The notes under the pieces are model-generated. The model saw only the letters and a list, made by a program, of their open reading frames with translations. It was not told where the DNA came from and made no database searches. Of a DNA stretch of 16,219 bases, positions 14,167 through 16,219 are shown piece by piece. Made by a program: the position numbers and the translations under genes. This DNA comes from Candidatus Sysuimicrobiota bacterium (lineage in GTDB: Bacteria; Sysuimicrobiota; Sysuimicrobiia; Sysuimicrobiales; Sysuimicrobiaceae): contig PSLI01000041.1 of the NCBI GenBank assembly GCA_040289515.1, forward strand, positions 1-16,219. The letters run 5' to 3'. Positions within the stretch are counted from its first letter, which is position 1. Every line of letters starts with the position of its first letter.

Positions 14167-16219
14167 AGCGTCCTCCCGTCCGTGCGGATGGTCACCGCGC
14201 CGTCACGGTCCGTCCGGTACAGGGGAATCCCCAGGCGCGCGTACCGGGCCACGACCTCCCGGTGCGGGTGGCCGTAAGGGTTTGCCGCCTTCACGGACAG
14301 AACCGCCAGCTGCGGGGACACCGCTCTGAGAAAAGGCTCCGAGCTGCTGGTGCGGCTGCCCTGGTGGGGCACCTTCAGCACCTCCGCCCCAAGATCCTCC
14401 CCCGCGGCCACCAGCGCGCCCTCCGCGCCCGCCTCCACGTCTCCCGGAAACAGGAACCGCACCCGGCCGTAGCGCAGCAGCACCACCACGGAGTTCTCGT
14501 TGACCGCGGAAGCTCCCTCCCACAGGACGGCAGGCCACAGCACGCGAACCTCCACCTCGCCCAGCAGGATCCGCAGGCCCCGGCGAGCCAGCCGGTACGG
14601 GATGCGCCTGGCCCGCACCGTGTGCAGGAACTCCGCGTACACGGGCGTGGGGTGCGGGTACCCGCTGTCCAGCACCAGGCCAGCCCCGAAGCGGCGCAAG
14701 GCGTGCACCAGCCCGACCAGATGGTCCGCGTGCGGGTGGCTCAGCACGGCCACATCTACCCTTCCGCCCTGCCTGGCCAGATAGCCCACCAGGGGCTGCG
14801 CCTCCGGCCCGCCGTCCAGGACCAGCCGGTGGCCATGGGGGCTTTGAACCACGATGGCGTCACCTTGCCCCACGTCCAGGAACACCACCTCTGTGTGCGC
14901 GGGCGCGGGGAGCAGCCGCACCCACACGGCCACGGCTAAGGCCAGTGTTGCGGCTACCACCGCCCGGGTCGGGCGCAACCATCCGCGGCATGCGGCCACC
15001 CCCACAAGCACCCAGCATGCCAACAGCGCTGCGGCGGCCCTCGGGTCGGCGGCGTGCACGGTGGACGCGGGCAGCGAGGAAACCGTGCGGGCCACCCACA
15101 CCAGGTACGCGCAGCCCGCCCCTGCGGCCCACAGGACGGGTAGAGCCGGTGCCAGCCACAGCCACCCCAGCACACCCCCCGCCAGGCCCACGGGGACGAC
15201 CAGGGTGGAGGCGGGAAGGGCCAGCACGTTGGCCAACACCGCCCACGGCTGCAGCTGCCCGAAGTGCCAAAGCAATAGCGGGGTTACGAACAGCTGGCAG
15301 CACACGGCGGCGGCAACACCCTCGCGGAGCATGCGGGGACCGAACTTCAGCCACCGCGCAAGCGGCTCCGCCATCAGCACAAGCCCCGCGGTGGCCGCAA
15401 AGGACAGCTGGAAGCCCACGTCCAGCAGCCACAGGGGGCGCGCAGCCACCAGCACCGCGGCCACGAATGCCAGCAGCGTGGGCGGATCTGCTTCCCTGCG
15501 GAGCAGCCCGGCCCCCACAACCCCCGCCGCCATGAGGGCGGCCCGCGCCATGGACGGCTCGAACCCTGCCACCCACGCGAAGGCCACCACGCACACCAAG
15601 GCCAACAGGGCGCGCACGGACCTGCGGGCGCTGCGCAGGAGAAGGTACGCGGCCGCAGCCACGGTGGACAGCTGAGCCCCGGACGCCACCAGCACGTGCA
15701 CCAGCCCGCTGTTGCGGAAGGCCTCCTGCAGGCTGTCATCCGGCACGGGTAGGCCCAGCACGACCCCGGCCAGGACCGCGTCCAGGGGAGAAGCTACGGC
15801 GCGGCGGTACACCTCGCGCAGGGCCTCGCGAATCGAGGCCGCCCACTGCAGCCACCGGTAACCGCGCGCAGGCTCCAGCACCCGGACGTCCTGCGCCAGC
15901 AGTACCGCCCGGGCTCCGTGCCGGTACAGCCACCGAGCGGCGGGCTCCCCGGGGTTGTCCGACCCGGGCGGCAGAACCCGGCCCCGCACCCGAACCAGGT
16001 CGCCGACACCCACCTGCGCGCGCCCAAAAACCACGACGCGGCTAGGGCGCACGCCCGCGGGCTGCAGGACCCAGGTGGTGTCCAGCAGGAAACGGCTCCC
16101 CGCGCTGGCCGAAAGCCCCTGGACCTCCACCGTCTCGCCGGCCCGGCCCGCCAGCTCGTCCGGACCCGGCACGGTACGGGCTCGGGCAGCCCACGCGGCA
16201 CCCGCGGCGGAAGCGCAGG
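14100..16219 (-). CDS. comEC: DNA internalization competence protein ComEC/Rec2 (5' end outside the window)
   Basis: The frame is open to the window edge. It carries an OB-like region (GDLVRVRG, NPGE), a competence domain (HVLVASG, PSMARA, DVGFQLSFAAT, LANVLA) and a metallo-beta-lactamase domain (FLDVGQGDA, SHPHADHLVG, NENSVV, FPGD, NPYGHP, RTDRDGAV). Confidence 0.95.
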   Translation of the reverse strand, partial: CASAAGAAWAARARTVPGPDELAGRAGETVEVQGLSASAGSRFLLDTTWVLQPAGVRPSRVVVFGRAQVGVGDLVRVRGRVLPPGSDNPGEPAARWLYRHGARAVLLAQDVRVLEPARGYRWLQWAASIREALREVYRRAVASPLDAVLAGVVLGLPVPDDSLQEAFRNSGLVHVLVASGAQLSTVAAAAYLLLRSARRSVRALLALVCVVAFAWVAGFEPSMARAALMAAGVVGAGLLRREADPPTLLAFVAAVLVAARPLWLLDVGFQLSFAATAGLVLMAEPLARWLKFGPRMLREGVAAAVCCQLFVTPLLLWHFGQLQPWAVLANVLALPASTLVVPVGLAGGVLGWLWLAPALPVLWAAGAGCAYLVWVARTVSSLPASTVHAADPRAAAALLACWVLVGVAACRGWLRPTRAVVAATLALAVAVWVRLLPAPAHTEVVFLDVGQGDAIVVQSPHGHRLVLDGGPEAQPLVGYLARQGGRVDVAVLSHPHADHLVGLVHALRRFGAGLVLDSGYPHPTPVYAEFLHTVRARRIPYRLARRGLRILLGEVEVRVLWPAVLWEGASAVNENSVVVLLRYGRVRFLFPGDVEAGAEGALVAAGEDLGAEVLKVPHQGSRTSSSEPFLRAVSPQLAVLSVKAANPYGHPHREVVARYARLGIPLYRTDRDGAVTIRTDGRTLWVRTSKPPWCCTAWWTGWRTR

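Noticed and set aside
1..16219. CRISPR array, transposase, prophage or defence system
   Set aside because: No regularly spaced repeats are present, and nearly all coding space is explained by housekeeping genes.

Overview
High-GC (~70%) bacterial chromosomal segment of mostly housekeeping genes. Reading the minus strand from the right edge: comEC (5' end outside the window), a DUF3006-like gene, holA, then rpsT on the plus strand, then murJ, hrcA, dnaJ, prmA, rsmE, carA, carB, a NiaX-like ECF S-component and miaB. A ~650 bp hairpin-rich region at 1-653 remains unexplained. I found no mobile element, CRISPR array, rRNA or tRNA. The most interesting signal is regulatory: the rsmE-carA gap appears to hold two stacked sigma70 promoters. 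The upstream one is followed by a PyrR-like hairpin with a mutually exclusive alternative pairing, and the downstream one is covered by tandem ARG boxes, suggesting dual pyrimidine/arginine control of one carbamoyl-phosphate synthase. Also present are a near-perfect CIRCE element on the hrcA start, a heat-shock cluster lacking grpE-dnaK, a GTAG-type REP-like perfect 15-bp palindrome after carB, and a G7 tract that sets the frame at the S-component/miaB junction. All calls were made by eye; no database searches or folding calculations were run.
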